In this document: positions 42,668 to 52,705 of the stretch, one piece after another | How the letters are laid out: each line of letters starts with the position of its first letter | Numbering within the stretch: the first letter of the stretch is position 1 | Origin: Candidatus Bathyarchaeota archaeon | GTDB taxonomy: Archaea; Thermoproteota; Bathyarchaeia; Bathyarchaeales; Bathycorpusculaceae | Direction: 5' to 3' | Length of the DNA: 64,000 bases | Assembly (NCBI GenBank): GCA_963733095.1 | Contig: CAVTBV010000012.1 | Coordinates: 1 to 64,000 of the forward strand | Made by a program: the position numbers and the translations under genes | The notes under the pieces: model-generated | What the model was told of the DNA's origin: nothing | Database searches by the model: none | The model's input: the letters and a program-made list of their open reading frames with translations, nothing else

Positions 42668-43783
42668 CTAACTATCAGGACAAGTCGATAGAATACTTCT
42701 TTCAATAAAGTCATTAAATTCAGTAGCGGTTTTATCCCAGGAAAAAGCCCTAGAATACTCCAACGCATTGCTGCTCAATCTCTTCAACAACTGCTGATCT
42801 TTTAATACACCAATTATCGTCTCAGCCAGATTTTCAAAATCGCCTTTTTTCACTAACAGACCTGTTTCATTATCTTTAATACTGTCACGTAACCCAGGCA
42901 CGTTATAAGCAACTGCAGGAATCCCCAATGCATTTGCTTCAATAATGTTTAACCCCCAACCTTCACGAAGCCCGGGATTAATTAAGACGCTACTCTTTCT
43001 TATGAGATTTCTACGATTAAGATTATCTAAGGACCCAAAAAAAGTTACCCCTTTTCCAGCCATGCGTTCTAATTCCTCCCGTAGAGGGCCAGTACCTATA
43101 ATCCATAACTGGGCCTCCGGCATCTTTTCTCTTATAATTTTAAAGGCTTTGATCGCATGATCAGGTCTTTTTGTACGTTTCAAACGTCCGGCGAATACAA
43201 TAATAGGCTTGAATTCTTGATTTGAGGTATTCTCTAATGGCGCAAAGCCCAAGCCTTCAGGAACGACAAAGATGTCTTTGAAACCCAATGCAGTTAAATC
43301 GAATTGCGTACTCTCAGAGACTGTAGCAGTTGGCACTTTTACATATTGCCGTAACCACCTATTTTCGAGATAATAGTAGCCCAAGTAACTAAACGGAAAA
43401 GGCGCCTCGTAAAACCAGTATTCTCTGGCCAACTGATGTATCAAAGCAATGACTTTTGTTTTTTTCTGCACAAAATTGGGTGCAAAAAAAGGTCGAGTAT
43501 TGATTTCATCAACAACAACGTCAAAACCGTTTACTTTATTCTCTTTTTCGTAAAAGCTTCTAGCCTTTCCATAGACTGAAAAACGGCCGCCCAAACGAAC
43601 AATTTTGACACCTTCAGACATTTCTTCTTTTTTACAACCGGTGAACTCCGAAGTAAACAATGTAACATCATGTCCATATCTCACCCATCGACTGGCGACC
43701 TCTCGGGTAAAAACTTCTGCACCACCCATGGCTGGATTTATCCAGCAACGCCAATTCAACCACAATATTTTGAGATTTTTCAT
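42668..43783 (-). CDS. Glycosyltransferase family 4
   Basis: NP.MGGAEVF, FAGRLKRTK, REGWGLNIIEANALGIP. Confidence 0.92.
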   Translation of the reverse strand: MKNLKILWLNWRCWINPAMGGAEVFTREVASRWVRYGHDVTLFTSEFTGCKKEEMSEGVKIVRLGGRFSVYGKARSFYEKENKVNGFDVVVDEINTRPFFAPNFVQKKTKVIALIHQLAREYWFYEAPFPFSYLGYYYLENRWLRQYVKVPTATVSESTQFDLTALGFKDIFVVPEGLGFAPLENTSNQEFKPIIVFAGRLKRTKRPDHAIKAFKIIREKMPEAQLWIIGTGPLREELERMAGKGVTFFGSLDNLNRRNLIRKSSVLINPGLREGWGLNIIEANALGIPAVAYNVPGLRDSIKDNETGLLVKKGDFENLAETIIGVLKDQQLLKRLSSNALEYSRAFSWDKTATEFNDFIERSILSTCPDS

Positions 43784-44560
43784 TTAGTTTTCCCGAAGAA
43801 TGAATGAAACCATGTTTTGAAAACCATTTTTTTCTGCAAGTGGCTGTTTATACCAGTGGATAATCCGTAGTCTGTAGGCTATTCCAAGTAAATCTACGAA
43901 CATGCGCCACATCTCTTTGGGCTTGAATTTGGCGTCTAATTTGATATTTACAGGCATTTCTACAACCTTTAAACCATAAAGATTGGCTACGGCTAACAAC
44001 TCAACGTCGAAAGCATAACGTTTCACGGCTAATCTGGGAAAAATGTTGATGAACGCACTCTTTTTCATTGCTTTAAGCCCAGACTGGGTATCTTTTAGGG
44101 GGACTCCTGTAAGAAGGCGAACTAAGCCATTGAAAGTCTCACTTAAAATTTTTCTAGAAAATGGTACTTCTACGTGTGAGTTGCTATGTCTTTTAGAAGC
44201 TATAACAATATCCCCGTGTTTAAGTGCTTCAAGGTATTTTGAAATTGTTCTCAAATCGATTTCCATATCGCCATCTGCAAAAATAACAACACTCCCAGCA
44301 GCTTTCATGAACCCAGTCTTAACAGCATATCCTTTTCCTACGTTTTTACTATAACTAACTACTCTAACATGACCATTTTTCCCGGCATATTTCTTCGCTT
44401 TCGCTAAAGTCTTATCTGCACTACCATCATTAACTACCAAGATTTCATAGGTCAAATTCTTATCCATAACAATAGCGTCAATCGATCCAAGTGTCTCTTC
44501 AATAAATTCCTCCTCGTTGTATGCTGGAACAACGAAGGATAATTCTACTTCTTGAATCAT
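43784..44560 (-). CDS. GT2, dolichol-phosphate glycosyltransferase (DPM/AglJ-like)
   Basis: VPAYNEE, VNDGSADKT, NVGKGYAV, FADGD, DTQSGLK, YAFDVELL. Confidence 0.9.
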   Translation of the reverse strand: MIQEVELSFVVPAYNEEEFIEETLGSIDAIVMDKNLTYEILVVNDGSADKTLAKAKKYAGKNGHVRVVSYSKNVGKGYAVKTGFMKAAGSVVIFADGDMEIDLRTISKYLEALKHGDIVIASKRHSNSHVEVPFSRKILSETFNGLVRLLTGVPLKDTQSGLKAMKKSAFINIFPRLAVKRYAFDVELLAVANLYGLKVVEMPVNIKLDAKFKPKEMWRMFVDLLGIAYRLRIIHWYKQPLAEKNGFQNMVSFILREN

Positions 44561-44808
44561 TAAACCGCCCCCGCTATGTCAGATTCTTTTCCATACTTAA
44601 TAAAGCAAACAAGCTGCAAAATGACCCCAACGACCAAAGCATAAAAGGCATAGATAGCGATAGAGTCAGCAAAATAAGATAACCCCGCTGTTAATGAAAA
44701 TGCAGCACCAATCAAAAGGAGCATAAATACAATTATAAATGGGGAGCCCCAATTCTCAACAACATAACTTTTCGCTTTGCAAATAATTTTGTTACTACAG
44801 ATATTCAT
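44560..44808 (-). CDS. Small two-TM membrane protein
   Basis: ENWGSPFII..TM..ADSIAIYAFYALVVGVILQL; TAATG stop/start coupling to the downstream GT2. Confidence 0.7.
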   Translation of the reverse strand: MNICSNKIICKAKSYVVENWGSPFIIVFMLLLIGAAFSLTAGLSYFADSIAIYAFYALVVGVILQLVCFIKYGKESDIAGAV

Positions 44809-44910
44809 GATGAATACACTGTTTTTTCCAGTAGTTACAAATGTAAAGCTTGAGATTTAACAGTTGCCATAAACCTATCACATTTAATCGCAGGAAATTA
44901 TTAAAAGCCT

Positions 44911-45306
44911 CTATCGTTTGAACACTTTAGTATTATTTATTTCCATTGTGCCTACGAAAGAAATAAATGAAGCATCAACTGCCCAAGTAACTGCTGAAGT
45001 ATTCCCTAGTCTTTGAGCGATTGAACTTATTTTTTGGGCAATGGTCAAACCGATTTTTTTCAAACGTATTGAAAAGCTACCTTTCATAGAATTCTCCAAC
45101 TTGCCTGCAAGCATAAGCATACTTTTTGCTAATTTGGAACTTCGAATGTTTACTACGAGTTTTATCGTTAAATCAAAGAGTACTCTGTCGATTCTTTGTA
45201 GTGCTTTGAACCATGCTCCTGAACGCACGGCTTTTTTCTTCAGATTCAATAGTTGTTTTTTATTGAGGAAGGAGGAACACTTGCAATTAAGGGTAGCCTT
45301 AAGCAT
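44911..45306 (-). CDS. Small basic hypothetical protein, paralog of 10960-11332
   Basis: Intact 131-aa ORF with TTTATAAA upstream; LKKKAVRSGAWFKALQRIDRVLFDLT..IRSSKLAK..GLTIAQKISSIAQRLGN..W. Confidence 0.8.
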   Translation of the reverse strand: MLKATLNCKCSSFLNKKQLLNLKKKAVRSGAWFKALQRIDRVLFDLTIKLVVNIRSSKLAKSMLMLAGKLENSMKGSFSIRLKKIGLTIAQKISSIAQRLGNTSAVTWAVDASFISFVGTMEINNTKVFKR

Positions 45307-45540
45307 TGTTAATTTCCTGTTTTGTCGGGATGTTTTTAGTAAAATCCGATTTGTAAGTATTTATAAATTGCGCATATTAAATCAAGAACATCTTCGAGAG
45401 CTCGGGGACCAGATTAACATTTAGATGCAACCTTACTCGAAATTTATCAGTTAATCAAGCAGAGATTTTTGAAGAATCAATGGAAATTCAAACTTTCTTC
45501 AAAAAGTATAATGGACATAATTTCTAATCAGATATCAAAT

Positions 45541-47096
45541 TTATTGCTGACTCATATTGTAAGTGTAAATGGCAATATCTCCACTATGATAAACTTCGGT
45601 AAATAAAGAGGGCAGAGTTGGTTGTCATACCACCCTGCCCATTAACCCACCAAATAAGGTATAATTGTAATTGCCTTCCCTGCAAGGCTGATTAAGGCCG
45701 CATGGTCAGGAGCATCAAATCCATAATTTATTACTTGAGTCTCATTAAGCGTTAGTAATGCCCAACTGTAAAACACCGTATGTGCAAGCAAAAGCGTGGT
45801 GCTATGTTTCGTTATTTTTGAACCATTGTAGGGCATTGGCGGTATTTTGCAATCGGTTATTGATATTGTATTTTGTAGCATCGAAGTAGGAATTTCATAA
45901 GAATAACCATTGAAATACGCAGGATTAAAGTATGAGAATGGATGTTGAGGAACATGAAAATATAACCGAAGCTCAAAATCGCTGTCGACAAGACGAGATA
46001 CAGTATTACAATCCTGCTGAATGGAAACCTTATAATGTATCCATCTAGTTGACTTGAGCTTGCTGAGAGCATCTGTTCCACAAAAGGCAAGTGGATAAGT
46101 AAGCAGTAATACCCAACGATAAGGACTTACAGAAGCGATCGGCACCACCATCAGAATTAAGCTAAAAAAAGCCAGGAACCAAGTTGAAGATTTCTGAAAC
46201 GCCACATGCCAACCAGTGCTATGGGCAGGATAAGCAAGAAGCAATACAAGAACAAACCTCCCGTGCTTTCAACATAGACTGGTATGAAGGAAAGCCAGTC
46301 CAAGTTCGCTAAGGTGATTCAACATTGGTTGAGTAGTTAACAGACCAACTTCACCACATCCTTCTAAGTAAACGATCAAAAAATAAATCAATGCAGGCAA
46401 AGAAACTGCCGTCAGTTTAATGGAATTATAAAAATCTTTACGCAACAAGTTATTGAGCAATTGTGAAAACAACAACCCCAAACATAAGTACTGATACAAG
46501 TTGATGAGACAACGCAACCATAACCATCGCAGCAAAAATAACAACATAATTTTTCCATGACCATATCTTTCTTATTGATATTAACATTAATACAATAAAA
46601 AAGAAAACCAAACCAAGCTCTTCTCGAAGTTGATCCCAAGAGGCTCTTAGGGCAACAAAATAAAGTGCCCCCAAGAAAGAAACAAACACACTTTTTGTAG
46701 GAAGACCAACCCAAGCCCCTTTTTGCATACTGCATACATTGATAGACCCAAGAGACCAAGCAAAATAGGTGAAATCATTTTAAGGACATAAACAGGTGAC
46801 CCACCAATACCCACTAAAGCCATGAAAATGGACATAGAACAATGGCGCAGTTGCAAGGAAAGTACCCAAGTTTGCACCATTATGTAGCCATAGCAAAGTA
46901 TTCGGAACATAAAACCCCATCGTGTCAAATCCAACTATATATGGGCCCATTAAAATCTCAGGAATGGTTCTCACAGCAAAAGGTATTAGAAAGGCCATCA
47001 GCGAGGAAGAATATATCGATTTCGGGTAAGCCCAATTCTTTCAATTGAAGCACAATTTTTAGCCACTTTAGCATTCTCCAACGTCATAGCAATCAT
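45541..47096 (-). CDS. Polytopic GT-C-like membrane protein, frameshifted
   Basis: Fragments RTIPEILMGPYIVGFDTMGFYVP, ALRASWDQLREELGL, ALSHQLV, SPYRWVLLLTYP, IPTSMLQNTI. Confidence 0.7.
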
Positions 47097-47191
47097 TTGT
47101 CAATAGACTCTTTAGTCTCCAGCCTAAATGCCTTACGCTTATAAAATAAACAAGTTGGCGATACGTTGGAAATTAAAACTCAAGTACTTAG

Positions 47192-48640
47192 TTATGGGTT
47201 GTTCTGTATAGCATATTTTGCGGCGTCTAAAATCAATCCATTCGCATTGGATCCGATGTTAGCCAGTTGGGTTCCATCTTCACAGAGACCCTCGAAGTAC
47301 CCATTTGATGGAACAGGAAGAGCCTTCTCAAGATAGACATTCATATTGTAGGCGTAGGTTGTATTATAAATTGCAAGAAAGCCAATTGCTATCTTTGTAT
47401 AAATTATGGGACTAATGTCAAAAGGCTGGTTTGTCTCGTCTAAGATTACCCACGTCCGATTGTCAGGCATAACTACCCATTCATATGTCCAGTGGTCTGA
47501 AAGGGAAGGCCCTTCGCTAAACGCACGATATACACCTGTAGCGTTGTAATATGCCTCATGAGCTAAATACACTTGGCGCATTATAGTCATAAGCTGAGAA
47601 TTATTGTTATTAAGTTCAAAAACGGAGCAGAGCAATGGATCACCTAAGATTGCCGGCGATAGGTAGCGAGACATTGTTGGTTGTGACTGTGCCAGAAGAG
47701 AGCATATTGGTCAGTACTCTGTCTGGTGCCCCAGAAAGCTGGCTGGGCCAAAAACTTGCAAACCCACTGTCATAATAGTAAGAGTAAATACTGGTTGATG
47801 AAAGACTTTGTCCGAATAAATGATGGTACTAAAGCGTCATAGTTTGATCGGTTATTATTTTGCCCATAAAGAACTATATCATTTATGCGTTGCAGCTAAA
47901 CTAGTGTTAAAGGTTCTAAGATTATTCAGGGCAACCAATAATCGACCAGTATCAACAATGTCAACCGGACTCGTAGCTGAATCTGATCTATCGTGATAGT
48001 CTTTTCCGTCACTTGATTGATAGAACCAATATGGATAACTGGCATTGTTTAGTTCTCGTGTTTCAAGAAATTGGACGACCTTTTCTAAGCGTGCGCTTGA
48101 ACCCCAAGGGCCATCAGTACCTATCAAGCCTGTCGCGTTAGCATTCATAACGGCTTGAATGTAAACGCCTAAATCCCAATCAGTAAAATAGGGAAAATCT
48201 TTTCCTGAATTAGGAAGCCCAGTAGTGGCATTAACACCTATACCTGGCTGGAAATAATTCCAAGCATTTGCTGCCACCTGCTGCCACGCGGAACTATTCA
48301 TCGAGGGGTTGGACTGTATTGTGCCTGGAGCTTTGGGAGCAACCGCTTGCACTATACTGGTACCCAATCCGTTAAGGAACCTTGAAATTTGAGAGACTCG
48401 GTCTGGTGTGGCTGGTGGTGTGGTGCTTTGGGGTTGGGCGGTTGGTGAAGCAGTTGGATTTTCGGTACTAATCGGTAAGACATTATTGTTATTTTGGTTT
48501 CCTTTTGGTAAGAATGCAAAAACAGAAACTAGCACTATAAATATTATTGCTAAGGATAGAACATATTTTATTTTCTTACTAAACTTTAAGGGATTAAGGC
48601 TAAAAATTTTTCTTTTAGTGCCATTTCCTATTGGAGGCAT
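47192..48640 (-). CDS. DUF3131-like membrane-anchored (alpha/alpha)6 glucanase/transglycosylase, frameshifted ~47680-47880
   Basis: N-terminal TM + PT linker; AWNYF, TTGLP, TDWDLG, DTGRLLVAL, AFSEG, KIAIGFLAIY, GYFEG, NANGLILDA match DUF3131 motifs as I recall them. Confidence 0.7.
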
Positions 48641-48945
48641 AGAAAATGCATGTTTCCAGAGCGGGAGTGAACGGCACCTTGTGTAGTTTAACATTGATTT
48701 CATAATGATCCGCGTTCCAGGTTTTTGTTCATCGCGATTTCCCTATCCAGTTGACCGCCCACTCATCGGTACAAACAACTATTGTTTTATGTATTGAGAT
48801 CGATTTAAAATTATGCCAATATATTATTTAGCAAAGATGTTGAATTATTTAGCAATTATTTATTTAAGAGAATTTTGATAAAAAAATTCAAGAATTTTTA
48901 TGGATTAAACGTAAGCAATGCCAAAATTAGGAAACTATATCATTT

Positions 48946-50193
48946 TTAAACGACAAGGTTAGGTCCCGTGGAGCCTTGCTTAGCTGTTTTTGTCCAATCT
49001 CGTTTTGTTCTAAAGATCAGTTTTAGGAATGCCCAGCCTGCGATGAACATCTGAGCAAGCCAGTAAATGTAGATGAAGGGTATCCAGAGGATGTTTTTTG
49101 GTTTAATTGGTTTTTCTGATGCTGCTAAGCCGATCCCGATTGAAACTAATGAGACAGCTGTTAATGCTATCACTAATCCGGTGAAGTTTAAGACTGGGTT
49201 GCTTTGAGAGAGGAAAAGGGCAACGAAGAACCAGTTTATGTAGCTCAGTAGCGAAACTACCATCATGAATGGTCCAGCCATAGAGATTTCAGCGTCAATG
49301 GTTCTTTTGTTTAGGTTGTCGAGGAGACGCCCATATTTTATGGCTGTTTCCATGTATCCCCGGTACCAACGAACCCGCTGCTTAAACAAGGGTCTAATGG
49401 TGCTTGGTGTTTCCTGTCCCGAGCAAACGTCTGGGGCATATTTTACAAGATGCTTCTTTTCGACTAGACGCAAGGCTAGTTCCACATCTTCTGTTAAAGA
49501 ATTCTCATCCCACCCGCCTAACTCTTTGACTATGCTTGTCCTGACGAATTGGCAGGTTCCGTTAAGAGGAATGAATAGTTGCAGTTTTTCTCGACCTGTG
49601 AGCAAGGCTTGGAACCAGGCTTTTTCTTCCATCGCGATCACTCTTGTGAGGGCGTTTGTTTTTTCGTTACTTGAAGTCGTTCTTCCTTGGACCGCCACCA
49701 ATTTTTTATCACTCAGGTGTGAAGCGACTTTTGTTAGGACATCTTTTTCTGGGAGACTGTCTGCGTCAAAGGTGCCTATTATTTCGCCGTTAACGTATTG
49801 TAGGGCTAGGTTGAGGGCTGCGGGTTTGCCTTTGACTGTTTTTTCACATATGACTTTGATGTTTTCAGGATATCTCTCCTCGAATTCGGAGCATATTTTG
49901 AATGTGTTGTCGACAGATTTTCCATCTACGACAATTATTTGCATTTTATCTTTTGGGTAATCCATGTTTAAAATGCCATCTAGGCAGCGACGGATGACGG
50001 ATTCTTCGTTTTTGGTCGGCACAATTATTGAGAATTTTGGGAATTCTGCAATATGGTTTTCTGTTGACGCAGCCACTTGTTTTCGTTTACCTCTAACACC
50101 GATGTAAATTATGGAACCGTTGTAGACGGTCCAAAAAAGCAGCACTGCCAGAAGAACTGTTGTTATGATGTCAAAGACTATCATAGTATCCAA
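48946..50193 (-). CDS. Processive GT2 (cellulose/PNAG/glucan synthase-like)
   Basis: N-terminal TM, VVDG, KPAALN, FDADS, LTED, QRVRW, C-terminal TMs ending WTKT. Confidence 0.9.
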   Translation of the reverse strand: MDTMIVFDIITTVLLAVLLFWTVYNGSIIYIGVRGKRKQVAASTENHIAEFPKFSIIVPTKNEESVIRRCLDGILNMDYPKDKMQIIVVDGKSVDNTFKICSEFEERYPENIKVICEKTVKGKPAALNLALQYVNGEIIGTFDADSLPEKDVLTKVASHLSDKKLVAVQGRTTSSNEKTNALTRVIAMEEKAWFQALLTGREKLQLFIPLNGTCQFVRTSIVKELGGWDENSLTEDVELALRLVEKKHLVKYAPDVCSGQETPSTIRPLFKQRVRWYRGYMETAIKYGRLLDNLNKRTIDAEISMAGPFMMVVSLLSYINWFFVALFLSQSNPVLNFTGLVIALTAVSLVSIGIGLAASEKPIKPKNILWIPFIYIYWLAQMFIAGWAFLKLIFRTKRDWTKTAKQGSTGPNLVV

Positions 50194-50587
50194 CCTTTTT
50201 CAATTTTTTACTGGATACCATGACGAGTTGGCAAAATGCAAGAGTTATCACTGATTGTATTGCAAAATAATTGCCAATGTTAGAACCAAACCTGAATAAT
50301 CTAGGTTTGCGAAGGACGATAGATCTATTTTTCATTACGTTCTCTCTTATGCTTGTCTAAACTTTTTAAGTTTTGTATTCCTAGAGCTACTAAGCGTTAG
50401 GCTTTTAAACCCACTGTTTAGAACAGCCGAGATAAAAAAGTATCTGAATAAACCCTACTTATTTACCTCATAAGTCGAAGACAAAATGACTTTTCGGTCA
50501 GAAATAAAGGGCAGTAATTGTTATCATAAGATTGCATTTTCAAGAAAACTTAAAGGAGCCATCCTAATAATACTTGCAGGAAGCATA

Positions 50588-51508
50588 ATGCGCAGATTTT
50601 TGTTGTTTTTGTTGATTTCAGGCCTGTTTTTGGCAGTTTGTTTTGGCGGCACCAACGGAGTTTCGGCTCCAAGTCAGGACGACTATTCGCTGGCGCTCCA
50701 AGGGTTCGTCTGGAACCACACCACACTAAAGGCGCTTGTTGTAAGTGCCTACAATGAATCCTGGTGGAACCCCGACGACCTAAACACTACACTTCGCGCC
50801 ATAGGACAATGGAATGACGCCATAACAGCCTTTTCCTCAAACTTCTCCGACTTTTCATACCTATCCAGCCTAAGCATTCAGCCTACAGTTTCAAACGAAA
50901 CGCAATCAGGGTTCGACATATACATCAATTGGACTCAGTCTCCGTTTAGCAGTGGAGATGAAGTTGGACTTTCACAAATTTTTCCAGACTATAGAGGCAC
51001 CATTTTAAACTGCACAATCAACCTTGCAGCACAAACAAACCACGGAGACGCATTAAACGAGGGAGACCTGCAGAATGTTGCCCTCCACGAGTTGGGACAC
51101 AGCTTTGGCTTAGGGCACAGCAACTACACAGGTGACTTAATGGCTCCATATTATACCTTAGGAGGCCCCGCTGAATCCGTTTCCACGCTAGATGTCTATG
51201 GAGTTGCCACACTTTTTGGCTGGGAACAGAATACAACAAACTTTTATCCAATAGATGGCTGGTTGAAGGAAAATTCAGTCAGTTTACCAACGGAAATGGC
51301 GTATCGAGGATTACCTGTTTCGCCTGAAAATGCGCGTCCCCAAACGCTTGCAGACAACCCAGTCGTTCAAACCTTAGTTTTGATGTTCGAGATTCTGATT
51401 CATCCAGAAATCTTCGCCTTCGCCATGTTGTTCATCGTTGTTTTAGTTTTAGTTGCCTTGATTCCCAGAAGAAGAAAGCGTGTTGAGCCGTTTAGGGCTG
51501 GCTCATGA
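50588..51508 (+). CDS. Matrixin (M10) zinc metalloprotease, membrane-anchored
   Basis: Signal peptide MRRFLL, HELGHSFGLGHS, Met-turn LMAP, C-terminal TM + RRRKR. Confidence 0.88.
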   Translation: MRRFLLFLLISGLFLAVCFGGTNGVSAPSQDDYSLALQGFVWNHTTLKALVVSAYNESWWNPDDLNTTLRAIGQWNDAITAFSSNFSDFSYLSSLSIQPTVSNETQSGFDIYINWTQSPFSSGDEVGLSQIFPDYRGTILNCTINLAAQTNHGDALNEGDLQNVALHELGHSFGLGHSNYTGDLMAPYYTLGGPAESVSTLDVYGVATLFGWEQNTTNFYPIDGWLKENSVSLPTEMAYRGLPVSPENARPQTLADNPVVQTLVLMFEILIHPEIFAFAMLFIVVLVLVALIPRRRKRVEPFRAGS

Positions 51509-52106
51509 ATTCTATGAAGTCTTTGAGGCTTCTAGGCTGCAGGGTATAGTTTGTCCTTCGTTCATCTCCAATAGTTGAAGAAGGCTTAACTCCATAGTCG
51601 TGTCCAGGATAAACTTCCACGCTGTCGTTGAGTTTTAGTAGTTTGTTGAATAGGCTCTCGTACATGCTCTTTGTGTTGCCGCCAGGAAAATCTGTTCGTC
51701 CGCATTCACCAACAAACAACGTGTCACCGGTCAATAACTTTTGGTTATCTACAAGCAGGCAGATACTGTCGGTTGTGTGCCCCGGTGTATAGATGACTTT
51801 TATAGAAATTTTACCGACACTTAGCACATCGCCGTCCTCTACTGGAATGTCAAAGGGTACTTTTGATTGTTTATGCGCAACCAATTTCGTTCCAAAGATA
51901 GACTGCAATTCCGTGTTGCCGACAGTGTGGTCTGAGTGCCCATGGGTGTTTATGACGTATTTTAGCTGCAACTTTTGGTTTTTAATAACTTTAATTATTT
52001 CGTCGGCGTTGTAGCTTGAATCAACAACTGCTGCTTCTTTGGTTTCTTCATCAGCTATTATGTATGAGAAATTGTCGCTGTGCTGTTGGATTTGTTTAAA
52101 AAACAT
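51492..52106 (-). CDS. Metallo-beta-lactamase-fold hydrolase (glyoxalase II/ETHE1-like)
   Basis: THGHSDH, TPGHT, TGDTLF, YPGHDY. Confidence 0.9.
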   Translation of the reverse strand: MFFKQIQQHSDNFSYIIADEETKEAAVVDSSYNADEIIKVIKNQKLQLKYVINTHGHSDHTVGNTELQSIFGTKLVAHKQSKVPFDIPVEDGDVLSVGKISIKVIYTPGHTTDSICLLVDNQKLLTGDTLFVGECGRTDFPGGNTKSMYESLFNKLLKLNDSVEVYPGHDYGVKPSSTIGDERRTNYTLQPRSLKDFIEFMSQP

Positions 52107-52109
52107 GTT

Positions 52110-52577
52110 TTAGACCTCGTTTTGTTCTTTTCTTCTTTGAACAAGCCATTTTCTGGCTAAGTCTTGACCTTTTTTGGTGTATATGAGGTTGACGATTTTG
52201 TCCCAGTCAAAGCCTACCCGAGCATTGTAGTAAGGATATTCTTCTGGAGAAAACATAACCAGATTATCTGAATCGTAAAGTGTTCGGAAGGGTTCCGATG
52301 GGTTATCTGGATGTTCATGGTGGGTACTGATGATTTCACATACCTGTTTGATGAAGGAGTCTGGGCAACCCAATTCTTTCAGTATGCTGGTTGTTATTTG
52401 TGGCCCTTTTTGGTATTGTTCTTTTATTGTGCTTCCGCCGATGTCATGAAAAATGATTGCGGTGAAAGTTAAGTCTTTGTTTTCTGGTTTGACTGGGAAG
52501 TTTTGGTTTGCGATGTCGAAGACGCGTTTGGTATGTGACACTCCAAAATCGTTTTTTTCCAAGTACGGCGTCGCCAA
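52110..52577 (-). CDS. HD-domain protein
   Basis: HTKRV, FHDIG, HHEH, DSD; true start possibly ~35 nt further upstream. Confidence 0.8.
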   Translation of the reverse strand: MATPYLEKNDFGVSHTKRVFDIANQNFPVKPENKDLTFTAIIFHDIGGSTIKEQYQKGPQITTSILKELGCPDSFIKQVCEIISTHHEHPDNPSEPFRTLYDSDNLVMFSPEEYPYYNARVGFDWDKIVNLIYTKKGQDLARKWLVQRRKEQNEV

Positions 52578-52705
52578 TTCAAACAGCTTGCCAGTGCTTA
52601 TTCTGCTTCACCTATCTGTCTATACATAATTTTTTTGGATTATTTTAGCAGTTTGCTCCCTTTCTGCTTATTTCCCTCTTACATTCTTGGGGGTTGAGGC
52701 AAAAT

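Noticed and set aside
49265-49960. Long antisense ORFs (also 10059-10430, 26542-26967, 58406-58819 and others)
   Set aside because: Shadows of well-supported genes on the opposite strand, with no motifs of their own
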